The notes beneath the pieces are model-generated. The model saw nothing but the letters and a program-made list of their open reading frames with translations. It was not told where the DNA came from and made no database searches. A program made the position numbers and the translations under genes. DNA of 64,000 nt from Podarcis muralis (Eukaryota): positions 12,090,001 to 12,154,000 of the forward strand of contig NC_135667.1 of NCBI RefSeq assembly GCF_964188315.1, in the 5' to 3' direction. Of the stretch, positions 1-11,909 are shown in pieces (within the stretch, counting starts at the first letter, position 1; each line of letters starts with the position of its first letter).

Positions 1-494
1 AGCAGATTTTACTTGTTCACATTTTTAAACATCCCAACATTATTTGAACTTCCCATTCTAATATGTCTACTGGAGCAAAGTTGTATTTCAGTTTTATCGC
101 ATCTCCGAATTGTGAAAATTGATTCTCGGGTCTTATCTTTAAGAGAGAGAGGCTGTTGCACCGTTAGCTTTTTCCTGAAGTTCTTTCATATTTCTGAGGG
201 TTTCTGTTTTTTCATCATCATCATCATCAATATTACGGTCCAGAGACCCAACAAATTGTTAGCTGTTTTTTCAGTTTTTGATACCTCCTTCATCTGAGTA
301 ATTACCAACTGTCAATGGCTTGGACTGATCATTGAATATATCAGGCTGTATCCCCATATAAGGAACAACAACATTCACAAAATTCTGAACAATTTTCCTG
401 AATTTTCTGAACAACTGAACACCACTAGGGAATTGTGTGTCTGAATATCTTAATGTCAATACATTTTAAAGGCTCTATACATGATGTCTCTTAC

Positions 495-621
495 CTGTCT
501 GGTTGGAAATCTTCCCTTCTGGACATAAGACGCAATCATAGCAGCAAAATGGTTTCCCTTCCTTCTTTGTTTTTTGATAACCCAAAGGACAATTGGCATT
601 ACAAAGAGAAAGAGGCTGTGC
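495..621 (-). CDS. V2R-1 exon 5 (cysteine-rich domain), 127 bp
   Basis: cag|[42 protein letters not shown]|gtaag; the ORF track shows it only in a wrong frame. Confidence 0.93.
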
Positions 622-3600
622 CTGTCCACAAATGAAAGAGGATCATAGTTTCTTTTTTTGCAATATCGTGTGTCCACAATGTATACTTGCTGAACTATCT
701 CCTTGAACTGCTGCATTAGCAGCACCAAACCTGGACAGTGTGTATGGAGTTCCTAGGTTGCCCAGACAAAAAGTCATTTTTCTTGACCTCACTGATGTGG
801 TCCAAAGGAAAGCAGATCAATATGTCACAGATTTGGGTAGGGAAAGGAAACCAGCAAGCCCCGTTGTGAAAAAAGGAATCCTTAGGCTGTCTTCCCCTAC
901 ACGAATATGACCCTCCGTAAATTTATCAAGTTTTACTTTTTTTATATATCAGTCCAAGCTATGGTTTTCCCAGTAGTGATGTATGGAAGTGAAAGCTGGA
1001 CCATAAAGAAGGCTGGTTGCCGAAGAATTGATGCTTTTGAATTATGGTGCTGGAGGAGACTCTTGAGAGTCCCATGGACTGCAAGAAGATCAAACCTATC
1101 CATTCTTAAGGAAATCAGCCCTGAGTGCTCACTGGAAGGACAGATTGTGAAGCTGAGGCTCCAATACTTTGGCCACCTCATGAGAAGAGAAGACTCCCTG
1201 GAAAAGACCCTGATGTTGGGAAAGATGGAGGAGAAGGGGACAACAGAGGACGAGATGGTTGGATAGTATTTGTGAAGCTACCAGCATGAGTTTGACCAAA
1301 TTGCGGGAGGCAGTGGGAGACAGGAGTGCCTGGGGTGCTCTGGTCCATGGGGTCACGAAGAGTCGGATACGACTAAACGACTAAACAACAACAAAAATAT
1401 TTTCAGGTGGTAAATTTGGTGGTTGTAGTGCAAGAGTGGATTTAATGAGTGTCACTTAATTGGCAAAACATGGAAGATCTCTACAGCCATGCCCTCATTC
1501 CTATACTAAGCACATGGATATACAAAGCACAGAGCTAGGTCAGTATCTGTACTGCGAATCGTTGTAGAAGTGATGGATAGGCTACAAAACATGAATTTAT
1601 CTCACCTGGTTAAACCTGCTGGGCCACACAATGGCTTCTTCACAAATGCTGAACACTTCTTCTTTGGGAGCCATGGGGTCGATCTTTCCAACTTTCACCC
1701 TCCGAAAGGACTGGTTGGGAAATGTAACCCAGTTTATAATATCAAATCCAGACTCTAACTCTCCATTTTGGTTGAAGGAAACTTTCCCCCCACCACTATT
1801 ATTAAATGAGATGCTTTTAACAAAGTGGTTGAGCTGTTTGGGGAGAAAGAATAGATAGAATCAGAGAGAAATTAAAAGAAAGCAAATTCATAAGAATATA
1901 CAAAAGGCTGGTGATCATTCGCAATTGATTACTGAACTGTTTAAAGCTTTATACCAAGGAAGAATGGATACGGAGAGAGGAAGAGCCCGATAGGCCACCT
2001 TGAGCTTATTGCAGGAACGTTGAGAGATACGTATAACAATAAACTGATACAGTAATAAACTACAATAATAAAATGTAACAGTGGTACTAATGAAGGAAGT
2101 AAATCGGCAGCAGTGGAGCAGGTCAGAATGGTATAGCAACTACTACATTTATAACCTTGACGTGGTGGATGGTAGAAGCAGGAAAAAATCCTGTGCCATG
2201 TTTATCATGATCACCTTTGGGACTTTCCAGAGAATCTAGATTCTCTATTTATTCCTTTTGTGCTGGTCCCAGGGGGAGGTTACCATGGGGCGAGGTCCAG
2301 GACCTGGGTCGAGGGTCGGTAGTCTGTCCTCCACGGGCGAGTCGGGGTCCAAAGCGAGGAGCCAGGCAAGGACAGGAACTCTGGAGGAACAGGACTGGGT
2401 GCTGGCCGAAACAGCTCTTCAACGACATTGCTCCCGCAACCTGGGACTGGGCTGACTGGCCTTTATCTTCTCTGACGCCAGGGGCGTTCCCGGCCCCCAG
2501 GAGACCCGCCTCTCCTGACCTTAAGGCGAGCACTCCTCCTGGGAGAAACCAGTTCCCTCCGCCTCTCTGCCCTGAGCCTCTGCAGCTCAGGAGAGGCTGG
2601 AGGGTTACTGGGCCCAGGGGGAGACTCACCTTCCCCTGACAGGGCTGGGAGAGGTGCACCTGTAGGCACTGTGTCCTCAACCACCTCCGGAGCCAGAGTA
2701 GATACAACTGGTACCTGCTCCTGAGGATCCGGCACAGGTGCAGGCACTTCAGAATCAAGGCCCTGCCCCAGTTCAGGCGGCCCTGGAGGCGGGGACTCCT
2801 GTGCAGGCTGGGATTCCTCTGGTTCAGCCTCTTAATCGGATTCCCAGGCCATCACACCTTTGCTTCTGGTGAGCAGTGGAGATTAGACAAAGTCAAGGAA
2901 GACATTGGATATCTATGGCTATTAGCCACAATGACTATATACTTGCTCCAGAAAAAGGGCCAGGGTGCCTCTGAACACCAGACTGTTGGGAGTGGCCTAT
3001 TGCCAAAATGTCATGATTGAACACTTCCCACAGGTATCAAGTTGGCTGCCTTGGGAAACCTTTCAACTGATCCATCACCTTTTCTACTCTGCTTTTAGCA
3101 TTCTCGGGACATTACCCTCCACAACTGCTCATTCTGTAATGTTATTCCTTCATCCACTGTCATTCTGCCTTTGAGTCTAGATGGGTGCATGGCATGCAGA
3201 GCATGTGCAACCACATAGACTTCTATGTAGACATTGTAGTTGTAGGGTGCGGGACCTACAGGTATTGGCTATGTTTGCTGGGAATATGGGTGTTGCAGTT
3301 CAGAAACATCAGGAGGGCTGGAGGTTCCCCATCCTTGCCTTAGAACTACAGACAGAAGTATTTCCATGACACTTTTTTAGACTGGCAAAATAGCCTGCAA
3401 AAATGTGCCTGGAGTCAAAGCTGGTTAAACCTGCTGGACCATACAATGACATCCTCATGAATGGTGAACTCTTTGCTCAGGGGTTCTCATGGGTCTATTC
3501 CTCCAACTCTCACTCTAAGAATGGACCGGTTTGGGAAAGTCGCCCAGTTTATGATATCAAATGCAGCCTCTAGTTCTCCATGTTGGTTTAATTAAACTTT

Positions 3601-3983
3601 TCCCAAAGCACTATTATTAAGGAAGTTATTTCTTACCACGCAGCTGAGCTACATTTGGCAGGGGGAATGATGGGATAACAGGTTGATGATGAACTTTCCC
3701 TCTTGAGGGAAATGAGCAATGGGCCCTTCAAAAGATTCATAAAGACCAGTAATGGATGTAATAGAAGTCACTGAGCACTTCATCACCATCATCTTCTTTT
3801 GATGAAAGAGGATGCTGGACTAGATGGGCCAATGTCCTGGTCCAGCAATATTTTATTATGGTAAGTGAATGCTGTAAAACTACCTCCTCTAATCTCTCTT
3901 TCTCAGCATACATATAGGCATTTGATTTAAGTAAGGTTTTTTTTTAATATGCTCTTTTAATATGATCTCTTTTCATGAAGAAC

Positions 3984-4041
<58 letters not shown>

Positions 4042-7000
4042 CCTTCTGAAGAAGCTGCCATTTGGCCTTAAATGGAAACTCCTGGCATAATCTTCTATTA
4101 GTAAAATGAAAGGCCTAACCCCATTCAGTATGAGTCAGTCACAGTCCTGAGTGAGGTCCCTGTAACAGATTCACACAACAGTGAGCTATGTTTTCAATGT
4201 CACGTGTAATTTGGTCTTGAGATGCTAACCACCCTTGGTAGAAACAGAAACCTTTCAAACACTCTGGATACTTTCTTTTTATTGTTATTTCCAGGGCTAT
4301 GGTGAGCATTCCTGCATTATTGTGCTCATGATATTACCTTCCACATCTGTTGATTCCAAAGCTTCAGCCGCCCTTCATCCACCCTGCGCTTGAATTTAGA
4401 TGACTGCATGGCATGCACAGCGTGTGCCACAGCATAGACTGCATTGTAGATGCTATAGCTGTGGCCAGTCATGCTTGTTGGAAAAACAGAGCCAGGAAGA
4501 GTCTCCAGCTTCTCCTCCCCAGTGCAAATATCTCCATCTTGCATATTTCCTTCAGAGTCAGGGAAATGACACTGAAATGCCTTTTCCCAGTATATCCTCA
4601 TAAAGCCATCTTCTTTTTCCAAGATGGGATTTCTCATCTGAACAAATTCCTGGAATCCCAAAACCTCCTTTGAGTGAATTGTGAAGGATAGAGTGCCATG
4701 GAGGAAGTCTATGTCCTGATCTCTCTGATAGGGAAGTGATGTGAAATCCATCTGTACTGTCATAACCCAAACTTTCCCTTTAGCCTTTATTGGTATATCT
4801 TCATATTCTGACATAGCAGGAAACATTCTCAAAAGTGTCATGGAATCAATTTCCCCATGAATGATCAACACGTTAACAGTACTTCTCATTGCAACATTAA
4901 ATGACTTGAGCCCATCTGCAACCAAGTCCGTAACACCATTAGTATAAGAAATTGATGGAAATCTTCCTATGAAATCAAAGCAGATTCCTCTCCGAATAAA
5001 TTTTGGAACCACGCTCTGTAGAAACCTCTCTCCATTCTCATCATTCACAATCAACACACCAGTCCAGAGCCATCTGAAGTGTAGCAATAACTTGAGAATC
5101 CCTTCATATTGATGGTCTATATTTGGGAACATTTGGTTAAGGAAAGCAACTTCAGTTTTAATATTTCTCATTGGAGCAGGACCATAGATGAGCTAAATCA
5201 AAGACAGGAAATGAGGAGATGAAAAATGTTGTTTAAGTGTACAGTAGTTTTCTATGTTAACTAGTATTCACTGCAGTTAAAATACAATCTAGATTTCAGA
5301 TATTGATTTTAGGGAGTGCTTCTGACATGGGATCTTGTCCAGGTTTTCCTCAAACTTCCTCAAGCTTAAGAGAACATTAAAGAATGAGCAATCCACTAAA
5401 CATAGAACAATGTTCTCACCAGTGAAATTGTAGTAGCACAAAGTATATGCTGGTTGAGAGTTGTGGCAATCTGCTCAAGCAATAATGCTCAGTTAACTTT
5501 CATGGTAGTGCCATGTCTTACATTACACTGGTGAAACAGGACTTCCGCCATATTCCATTGCAGGATGAGAACTCCCATAATCTATGAATAGGTTGCTCTT
5601 GCTGGCTGGGGCTGGTGAAAGTTGGATGTCAATAACATCTGTAGGACACCTTACTACAGTCCCTCAGCAGCTTATTTCAATAATTTGTATTAAGCTATCT
5701 AGCTCCTCACTATTTATTTCCAAGTCTTCTCCGATAAAGAATACAATGCCCGACCTGAAGAATTTGGAGCAAATGAGTCAGCAGAGGAAACACAGCCCAG
5801 AATAACTAAGGAGATAGTACAAGAATACTTGGCTAGTTTAGATGTATTCAAGTCTCCAGGGCCAGACAAACTGCATCCAAGAGTATTAAAAGAACTGGCA
5901 GATGTGATCTCAGAACCACTGGCAGTCATCTTTGAGAATTCCTGGAGAACAGGCGAAGTCCCGGCAGACTGGAGGAGGGCAAATGTTGTCCCTATTTTCA
6001 AAAAGGGGAAAAGAGAGGATCCAAATAATTATCGCCCAGTCAGTCTGAAATCAATACCAGGGAAGATTCTGGAGCAGATCATTAAGCAAACAGTCTGTCA
6101 GCACCTAGAAAGGAATGCTGTGATCACCAATAGTCAGCATGGATTTCTGAAAAATAAGTCATGTCAGACTAACCTGATCTCGTTTTTTGACAGAATTACA
6201 AGCCTGGTAGATGAAGGGAACGCAGTGGATGTAGCCTACCTTGATTTCAGCAAGGCATTCGACAAGGTGCCCCATGATATTCTTGTAAAACGCTGGGGGC
6301 GTTGCAGAAGCGCCCTGCTCCTTCTTCCGCGGAGGGAAACGCTCCTGCGGAGGCGAGAGGCAGCGAGCAGGCGACGAGGTGAGGCTTTTGTGGGGTAGGG
6401 AGAGGAAAGACGGGGGAGGGAACCCAAGGAGGATTTGCACGAGAGGGAATGAAGGGGAAACGCGCCTCCAACGTGGAGCACTTTTTCCCGGGAAATGCAC
6501 GGGGTGGGGTCATGGCTGATCCGTGCTGCGCGCTCGCGTTGTGCGGCCCAAAGTGCTGCAGGATCGCCAATGCAAGACCCCCTTTTAAAACCTCCCCCTC
6601 CCCCAGCTCTGCAAAAAAAGGGGGAAGGGATGGCCTCGGCGTCGGGGTGCGGAGGCTGCCCGTGCCTGGCCAGGCGTCAGTGGTGGCGTCAGCGCTGCTG
6701 CAGCGGCTGCTCCTCCTGCAAGTAGTGAGTGGAGCGCAGCAGCGGCGGGGGGCACACGCGCGCTAGGGCGCAAGGCTGGCGGTGGCGGCGGGGAGCCCGG
6801 TGGAGGAAGGAACTTGTCCCTTCCCTCTGGACTCACGCCCCCCCAGATGTTGCGCCCGGTGCAGCCGGCACCCCTGGCACCCCCCACGCTACGCCACTGG
6901 GTGCCACAGGGTTCTGTCTTGGGCCCGGTCTTATTCAACATCTTTATCAATGACTTGGATGATGGACTCAAGGGCATCCTGATCAAATTTGCAGATGACA

Positions 7001-9308
7001 CCAAACTGGGAGGGGTGGCTAACACCCCAGAGGACAGGATCACACTTCAAAACGACCTTGACAGATTAGAGAACTGGGCCAAAACAAACAAGATAAACTT
7101 TAACAGGGAGAAATGTAAAGTATTGCACTTGGGCAAAAAAAATGAGAGGCACAAATACAAGATGGGTGACACCTGACTTGAGAGCAGTACATGTGAAAAG
7201 GATCTAGGAGTCTTGGTTGACCACAAACTTGACATGAGCCAACATTGTGACGTGGCAGCTAAAAAAGCCAATGCAATTCTGGGCTGCATCAATAGGAGTA
7301 TAGCATCTAGATCAAGGGAAGTAATAGTGCCACTGTATTCTGCTGTATTCTGGAAACAATGCCTTATGAGGAACGGCTAAGGGAGCTGGGCATGTTTAGC
7401 CTGGAGAAGAGGAGGTTAAGGGGTGATATGATAGCCATGTTCAAATATATAAAAGGATGTCATATGGAGGAGGGAGAAAGGTTGTTTTCTGCTGCTCCAG
7501 AGAAGCGGACACAGAGCAATGGATCCAAACTACAAGAAAGAAGATTCCACCTAAACATTAGGAAGAACTTCCTGAGAGTAAGAGCTGTTCGACAGTGGAA
7601 TTTGCTGCCAAGGAGTGTGGTGGAGTCTCCTTCTTTGGAGGTCTTTAAGCAGAGGCTTGACAACCATATGTCAGGAGTGCTCTGATGGTGTTTCCTGCTT
7701 GGCAGGGGGTTGGACTCGATGGCCCTTGTAGTCTATTCCAACTCTATGATTCTATGATTCTAAGTCAGTTAAGCTAATAACATTCTATATTAAGCAACAA
7801 GGAGAAAAAGGAAATAAAAAAGAACCGACAAAGGATCAACACTGTAACAGTTGCTAAGTGGCAGCTGATCAAGTACCATCATTTTGTCTGAAAAGAAGAC
7901 CTAATGTTCTGGGTAGTTTTCTATCAGGAGAGGAGCTCTGAGAGATTGTTACCTGTGGAATCTTGTAGTTGCTCAGTATACTTGCCATATGAAGACAAAC
8001 CTTAGAGTTTGGACCTCCAATGACTGCTGCTAGTTCATTCTGGGCGTCACACTTGTAGTTGGGGATGAATCTGCTGTACGTAGAGAGGAGTTCCAAGGAG
8101 GCACGATAGGTCCAGCTGGCACTAAAATGGCTGTTATAGATGTGGAAGCCCAGAGTGATGTTGGGTAAGATTTGGACGTTAGCATTGATCTCTTTTACAG
8201 CAAATGCTAATGCCAGGATATGTTGGTAGAGTTGTGTCATAACCCTGAAATGAGAGTTGCATGCTGTAACACAGTGCATTTCCTTCTGGATAGGACAATT
8301 GCGACACCATAGCTACACCAATACTATCTTACTGATCAATCTCAATTCAGGTAAATCTGGAGGCATATTAACATTTACAAGTTCCAGCTCTAAACTATGG
8401 TCTTTAAATCTACTTATTTTTTAAATTAAATTTCTACACAGGTGTTCATCCACAGATCATAGGACACTTTAAAACATAAAAACACAAGAATACATATGGC
8501 TCCTTAAAAAATGTAACAAAGGAACCAGGTGAGCCTCCCTTAGCAGCGTATTCTACAAAGAGGGGCCACTCCAGAAAAAGGCTCTGAACCTCTTGTGAAG
8601 GGGGGCACACAAAGAAAGGCCTCAGATGATGATCACAAGGTCTCACGTAGTTCATATGGGGCATAATAGTTTTTTAGGTACTGCAGTCCTTAAACAGTTA
8701 AGGCTCACTTGAGTGATTTGTACCCCACTAATCTGAGTTATGATGTACAGATAATAATGTTGCTTAGCCCAAGATCTGTCTGTTCCAAACTCTGCACATT
8801 GTGGCAGATTCTGGGCTTGAAATGCTGCTTAAGCTGCTGATATTAGATTCATGGCTGCCACAACTAAAAAGATAATAGATGATGATTAATATGGGCATGA
8901 TGCAGCTATTTGCCAAAGACAGAGAAAGCTGTCGTTCTTCTCTCATTCACTGGGTCTACCATTGCTCTATGGGCCTGGCACTCCTAGGGAAAATTAATAT
9001 AACATATGGTACCAGAGGTTTTTACAAAACAAATCTTACACAATGTCATCAAAGAGGTCAGTAGAAGGACATTTATCAAAGTCTATTGGGCTGAATAATA
9101 TGGAGATCTGAGACATAATACCAGCAACGATGAGGTCTCCTGGTTGGTAATAATTGTGAAGAAAAGGAAGGGGACTGCAGATGCCGCACTTAGTGTTAGG
9201 AATCGTGCACATCACCTGAAGTAGAAGCACTGATGGCAATAGTAATATAAATCCAACTATCTTACATGAAATAATTCCTCTTCTACCTAAATTCTCCTGT
9301 CCCCACAT
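495..9308 (-). CDS. V2R-1, vomeronasal type-2 receptor, partial (exons 1-5; exon 6 lies left of the window)
   Basis: Exons 9040-9308, 7953-8244, 4338-5192, 1606-1833, 495-621. All junctions GT-AG and phase-compatible. V2R motifs: [66 protein letters not shown]. Bases 1-494 match intron 5 of V2R-2 and V2R-6. Confidence 0.93.
948..1395 (+). mobile_element. BovB/RTE LINE, 5'-truncated 3' end
   Basis: [19 protein letters not shown]...[22 protein letters not shown] and a (CAA)n tail; absent at the matching site in V2R-2 (about 13925). Confidence 0.92.
1606..1833 (-). CDS. V2R-1 exon 4, 228 bp
   Basis: cag|[43 protein letters not shown]...IVWPSRFNQ|gtgag. Confidence 0.92.
2259..2856 (-). mobile_element. 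Solo LTR (Gypsy/ERV-like), 598 bp
   Basis: TGTGCTGG...CCATCACA termini, 5-bp TSD CCTTT (2254-2258 and 2857-2861), GC-rich; empty site in V2R-2 (about 14845). Orientation is inferred. Confidence 0.82.
3116..3245 (-). pseudogene. Fossil 3' end of V2R exon 3 inside intron 3 of V2R-1
   Basis: [42 protein letters not shown]|gtaatg, compared with true exon 3 [18 protein letters not shown]...[15 protein letters not shown]|gtaat. Confidence 0.82.
3421..3648 (-). pseudogene. Fossil V2R exon 4 inside intron 3 of V2R-1
   Basis: Exactly 228 bp: [77 protein letters not shown] acceptor kept, donor reads CT, two in-frame stops. Confidence 0.88.
3987..4038. repeat. (GA)n microsatellite
   Basis: About 26 GA units; the homologous tract at 16383-16455 is interrupted by GGGA units. 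Confidence 0.95.
4338..5192 (-). CDS. V2R-1 exon 3 (Venus flytrap domain), 855 bp
   Basis: ORF 4326-5171; tag|LIYGPAP...QQMWK|gtaat. Confidence 0.94.
5727..7761 (+). mobile_element. CR1 LINE, 5'-truncated and interrupted
   Basis: RT motifs [47 protein letters not shown]; 3' tail ctatgattctatgattct; AAGTC duplicated at both ends; empty site in V2R-2 (about 18135). Confidence 0.93.
6288..6899 (-). mobile_element. CpG-rich insert with one DNA-transposon-like terminus, inside the CR1
   Basis: Breaks the CR1 RT between PHDIL and GVPQGS. The minus strand begins CAGTGGCGTAGCGTGGGGGG; no matching second terminus seen. Confidence 0.6.
7953..8244 (-). CDS. V2R-1 exon 2, 292 bp
   Basis: ORF 7869-8279; cag|g VMTQLYQH...YKIPQ|gtaac. 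Confidence 0.94.
9040..9308 (-). CDS. V2R-1 exon 1 (signal peptide), 269 bp coding
   Basis: ORF 9036-9308, hydrophobic signal then [12 protein letters not shown], donor gtaag. Confidence 0.9.
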
Positions 9309-11909
9309 TATCTTTCTGTAAGTCCTTTGCTGTGTTGGGCAGCTTAACTTAAGTCCTCACTACACTGATTTGTGAGTCAGATTGTGCAGTGTGAAGCATC
9401 TGTTATCAGCCTGACCAAGCTCTGACTATCTCTTGTTACACCTTGGAACTGTACTGGCGATATTCACAGCACCCTCCTATCTTCATTGATAATAATGCAA
9501 CTCATATCTGCAGCTCCCTTGATAAAGTGCAAACGAAGCTTCCATGCTTAATTTCATAATTACAGGGAGGATAATAATATCATTGAGATTTACAGGCACT
9601 TAGATGTGACAACTGCATTCATCCAGCTCATGTGGTCGTCTAATGGTGTTATGGGAATTAATGGTCCCAGATAGTGCAATTTGTAGCAGGAAACTAGGTG
9701 GATGTAAGTATAGTAGTTGGGAGCAGATGATATTTATATTCTCAACATTGTACAAGCAGGGACCTTTGAGCAAATACCATGTTAGATGCATTGCATTTGA
9801 AAGTGAAGTTACTCAGCTTGCTCTGTGAAGGTCTCACTGGTATTCACAAACTGACAGATTAATATGATGATGATGGCAGAAATCCCCTTGAAAAAATGAT
9901 GTGTGTTGAGGGAGTTAAATGTCGTTGAAAACCAGCCCTAAGTTTGTGTTCTCTGCATTCCTGAATTCTGTTCATTTGTTTTGTTGTGTTTTTTAATAAA
10001 TTTATTTATTTTCAATTTTTCAAATCGAAAAACAATCCTCAAGCAACCCCCCCCCCCCGCAAAAAAAATGTATTCCATAAATCCCCATGGACTTCTCTCC
10101 TCCATGTTGTGGATCCTTTATTAACTTTTTTATCCTGCATCTTCTCTGTTGGATTTCTGTTCATTTGTAATGAGATACCCAGAGAGCAAGGAGCAACTCG
10201 TCATCCCAGCTGACCCTCCCCCTCTTCCCATGCCATATGTTGCCCATCTTATAATTTCTGCCAGAGACTATTCATTCCCTGCCCAGTACTGTATTGCAGA
10301 AACTTCCAAGTTCACTTAAGATGAATTTGGCTTCAGTGGACCTTAAGGCCCTAGAAACTATAGACTGGTTACCTTAACATGTGTCCTGGGAAGACTGAAA
10401 GTACAGGTCAATCATTCATTAGCATTTTTATTTATACACTGCACTTCTACTAAAAGCATCTTACTCCAAGTAGCTAACAACAAGAATACAGGAACACATC
10501 TCAAAATCCGCAGTGTCAAGAACAATTTCATAATAAAAGAACAACAAAGTAGCAAATATAGCAATATAAAAAACCCAATATTTTAGTACAGTAAATATAG
10601 CAAGATGACATTAATAGCATTGCACCTCTTAGAAACAGCAGAAATGACCACTGATTTAACCACAACACCCCGCTGACTATATGGTGGCTGTAATAGATGA
10701 TGTAGATACAGGATCATACAAGCAGGACCATTAAACCCAAGCTATGCTCACAACCAGGCTGTCCGGGGGCATAAACACAAGATGAAATGCTTTTCTAGCA
10801 GAGCTAGACAGGTTGCTGAGTGCAGACCTTTCTGGCCTTCATGCAATGAGAAGAGGGATTGGGAATTCAAGATCTGGGAGCTGAATATAATGCTGATATT
10901 TGGAATTCTTCCCAAGTGAAACCCCTTACTAGCCAGCTCCACACACAGAGATCTTTTCCCTCACTGGAATGTGTCCTCGAACTCCAATAAAGTCCGTTAC
11001 TTGACTTGTGAGTTTGTGCAGATACTTGTGTACCATACAAACGCAAAACTTACATTTGTTGCTGCTCACTCTTTTGTCTCTGGCCCCATGTGTGACAGGC
11101 AGGGGGAAGGCTGCTCCGGAACTTTTTTCTCATTTTGTAAAAGGTTCGATCTCTCGCTCCCCCATGTGAATTCTAGGTTCTCCCTCCCCCGACACTCTGG
11201 AGCAGATATTGGGAGGGTATGAGGCCCACCCAGGGTGAGGAGAAGGGAAAAAATCCATTGTAAAAGCCGAAAATCTTTCACTCATGGGATGAAGCAGTTG
11301 GATACAACACAAAGAGCTGGGGCAGGAGGTTTCTGGAGTTGGGAATCTCCACAGAACAACTAGCCAAACGATATCGCCCATTTGCATATAGGCAGACAAA
11401 ATAAATTTCCCACAAATCCTGGGCTCTGTATAACTTGTATTTATTGTTTGTACTGGAAATTATTCAGGAAATAAATGGCAATGCTGTGGCATTCAAAATG
11501 GAAGAGCAGAGCTTATATTACATTGGGTTGGCTATATGTTGTTGGGCTGCCGGATGTGGGGGGGGGAAATAATGAATTAACATAGGATAGCTCCAAAGAG
11601 GGGGTATCTTCATATCAACTCAAGGTGGCAGATAATCATGCCACTACATTTGGCAAACCTAAGGTAGAAAGCTTTGGCTCCCACATCTTGTTTGGTTGGC
11701 AGACTTGGGATAGGGAGTTGATATTAACATAGGATGGTTCCTATATTCAATCCATATGTTGCAATATATATGTACTGCCTAATGAGGGAATAAAGGGAGA
11801 AACTGTAATCTAAACTGAAATCCAGTTGAACTAATCAGTTGTGGCTGGCTTAAATCCCTTTGCGTAGGTACAAATTTAGATGGAGCAGGGCCATAGAATT
11901 GTAGGTTCT

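Noticed and set aside
456-728. Recurrent small ORFs such as MVLLMQQF... (456, 13441), MMDRLQNM... and the plus-strand ORFs over exon 6
   Set aside because: They are off-frame or antisense readings of V2R exons 4-6 and recur only because the exons are paralogous.
2217-2758. Pro/Arg/Gly-rich ORFs of 94-169 aa on both strands (likewise 6159-7043 and 47371-48948)
   Set aside because: Stop-poor GC-rich transposon DNA with no recognisable domain or splice context.
10750-11900. Conserved block repeated at 21330-22500 with short ORFs; glimpses of trypsin-like (NDIAHL), zinc-finger-linker-like (RIHMGER) and SPRY-like (KRHYW) words
   Set aside because: No catalytic or structural motifs in a consistent frame, and stops and frames differ between copies. 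The similarity is explained by duplication of the V2R-3 3' flank. A tBLASTx search would settle it.
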